DNA of 63,828 nucleotides, filler included, from Pirum gemmata (Eukaryota): NCBI GenBank assembly GCA_002812295.1. It is 26 parts of 26 records of this genome, joined end to end, with 100 filler letters (N's around TTAATTAATTAA, not from the genome) between each part and the next. Parts side by side here need not be neighbours in the genome. Positions count along the whole stretch, not along the records: positions 62,072 to 63,828 come from PDIN01007332.1; 25 more parts are not named here. One strand, 5' to 3'. Shown piece by piece: positions 62,903 to 63,828 of this stretch (position 1 is its first letter; each line of letters starts with the position of its first letter). The notes under the pieces were generated by a model. It saw only the letters and a program-made list of their open reading frames with translations, ran no database searches and was not told where the DNA came from. The position numbers and the translations under genes were made by a program.

Positions 62903-63357
62903 AATAGTCTGATCATAGACTAACTCAGAATCGTAGATGGGTGCCCTACGTGGGTGCTCTGCTCTAGCTAGCTAGTTAGTGCTTCAACTCGAAATAGCTC
63001 TAAACCTGGTAACAAAGTTACTTTATTTGGGAAAACATTCTAGCTAGCTACTATAGCTAGCTAGCTAGGGATCCAGGTAAGGAATCATCCATATAAACTA
63101 GCTAGCAAAAAGGAGTTTCACCTATCATAATTTTTCTTTCAAGGCTCTTTGACCAAAACACTTTTGGTCATAATTTTAAAGTTCATTTTAATAATTAATT
63201 ACTGCCTAAAACAGTTTAAGTCACACTTTCGAGCAATGACTTCTATCAAAGAATAAGTNGAGAATTACTGACTCTTTCTGGCCTGGTTAAGTTAAGTCCA
63301 GGTTAACTGTCTGGGTTAACTGTGCCTTAAATTATTGGTAATGTTTTTAATTGAACT

Positions 63358-63572
63358 TACTGGAACTTTTTTCGAACAGATGCTTATCGAGCCAACCTTA
63401 GTTCCGTGTTCCTTACTAATAATAGCAGTTAAATAGCTTGAAATAGTAAATCTAATTATAGTAGATACCAATTAAAGTAATAATATTAACATTGATAGTA
63501 ATAAAACCAAAAAATCGGAAAAGTTCCGACAGCTGTTCTGTAATAATAAAATGACGTCATCTCACCCCTACT
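63358..63572 (-). mobile_element. Inverted family D MITE copy lacking one TIR
   Basis: Reverse complement of 62453-62669 with scattered substitutions. Confidence 0.88.
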
Positions 63573-63828
63573 TTTGATTGTTTGTGGAACTGTTACCGGG
63601 AAGATTAGGGTAGATTACTACTACTACTAGCTACTAGCCAGCTATCATACTATGATATCATAGTCTACTGGCAGCCAAAGGCCAAGGTTATTTATTTTTT
63701 TATTGCAACGGCCTAGAAACTTCCTACTTTTTTTTGTCTCTTTACCTTTTTTTTTTGACAAATTCGAAACCGAGCATATTAAAAGATTTGAACATGTGGT
63801 GATCGAATGTTCGAGTTAATGATCATCA

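Overview
This is not one locus. It is an artificial concatenation of 26 short (about 2.3-3.1 kb) contigs from a very AT-rich eukaryote, joined by 25 identical 100-nt spacers (44 N + TTAATTAATTAA + 44 N), so adjacency across spacers has no meaning. The DNA has GT-AG introns filled with microsatellites and interstitial (TTAGGG)n, Asn-rich proteins and the standard genetic code. This would fit a protist such as a unicellular holozoan/ichthyosporean, but that is inference only. Recognisable genes or exons: a CXXC-repeat surface protein, an AAMP/Sqt1-like last exon, a SAM-domain exon, a secreted double-knottin precursor, an NDUFB10-like last exon, an intronless GT2-type glycosyltransferase, a C2H2 zinc-finger protein with a WRPW motif, an FAD oxidoreductase last exon, a GT8 glycogenin-like gene, a UPF0052/CofD-YvcK-like exon and an SRR1-domain gene. 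Decayed sequences include a LINE reverse transcriptase, an ERG3-like desaturase and a ribonucleotide reductase R2 fragment. There are at least four MITE-like families and a probable LTR end. The most notable signals are: (i) the 3' ends of four unrelated genes are tandemly reiterated downstream, decaying with distance from the gene; (ii) a toxin-like two-knottin polyprotein with amidation and convertase sites; (iii) CTAG-rich micro-insertions eroding transposon-rich DNA; (iv) a possible decayed giant-virus-like contig. Most entries in the ORF track are microsatellite artefacts. All homology calls are by-eye motif recognition; no searches were run.
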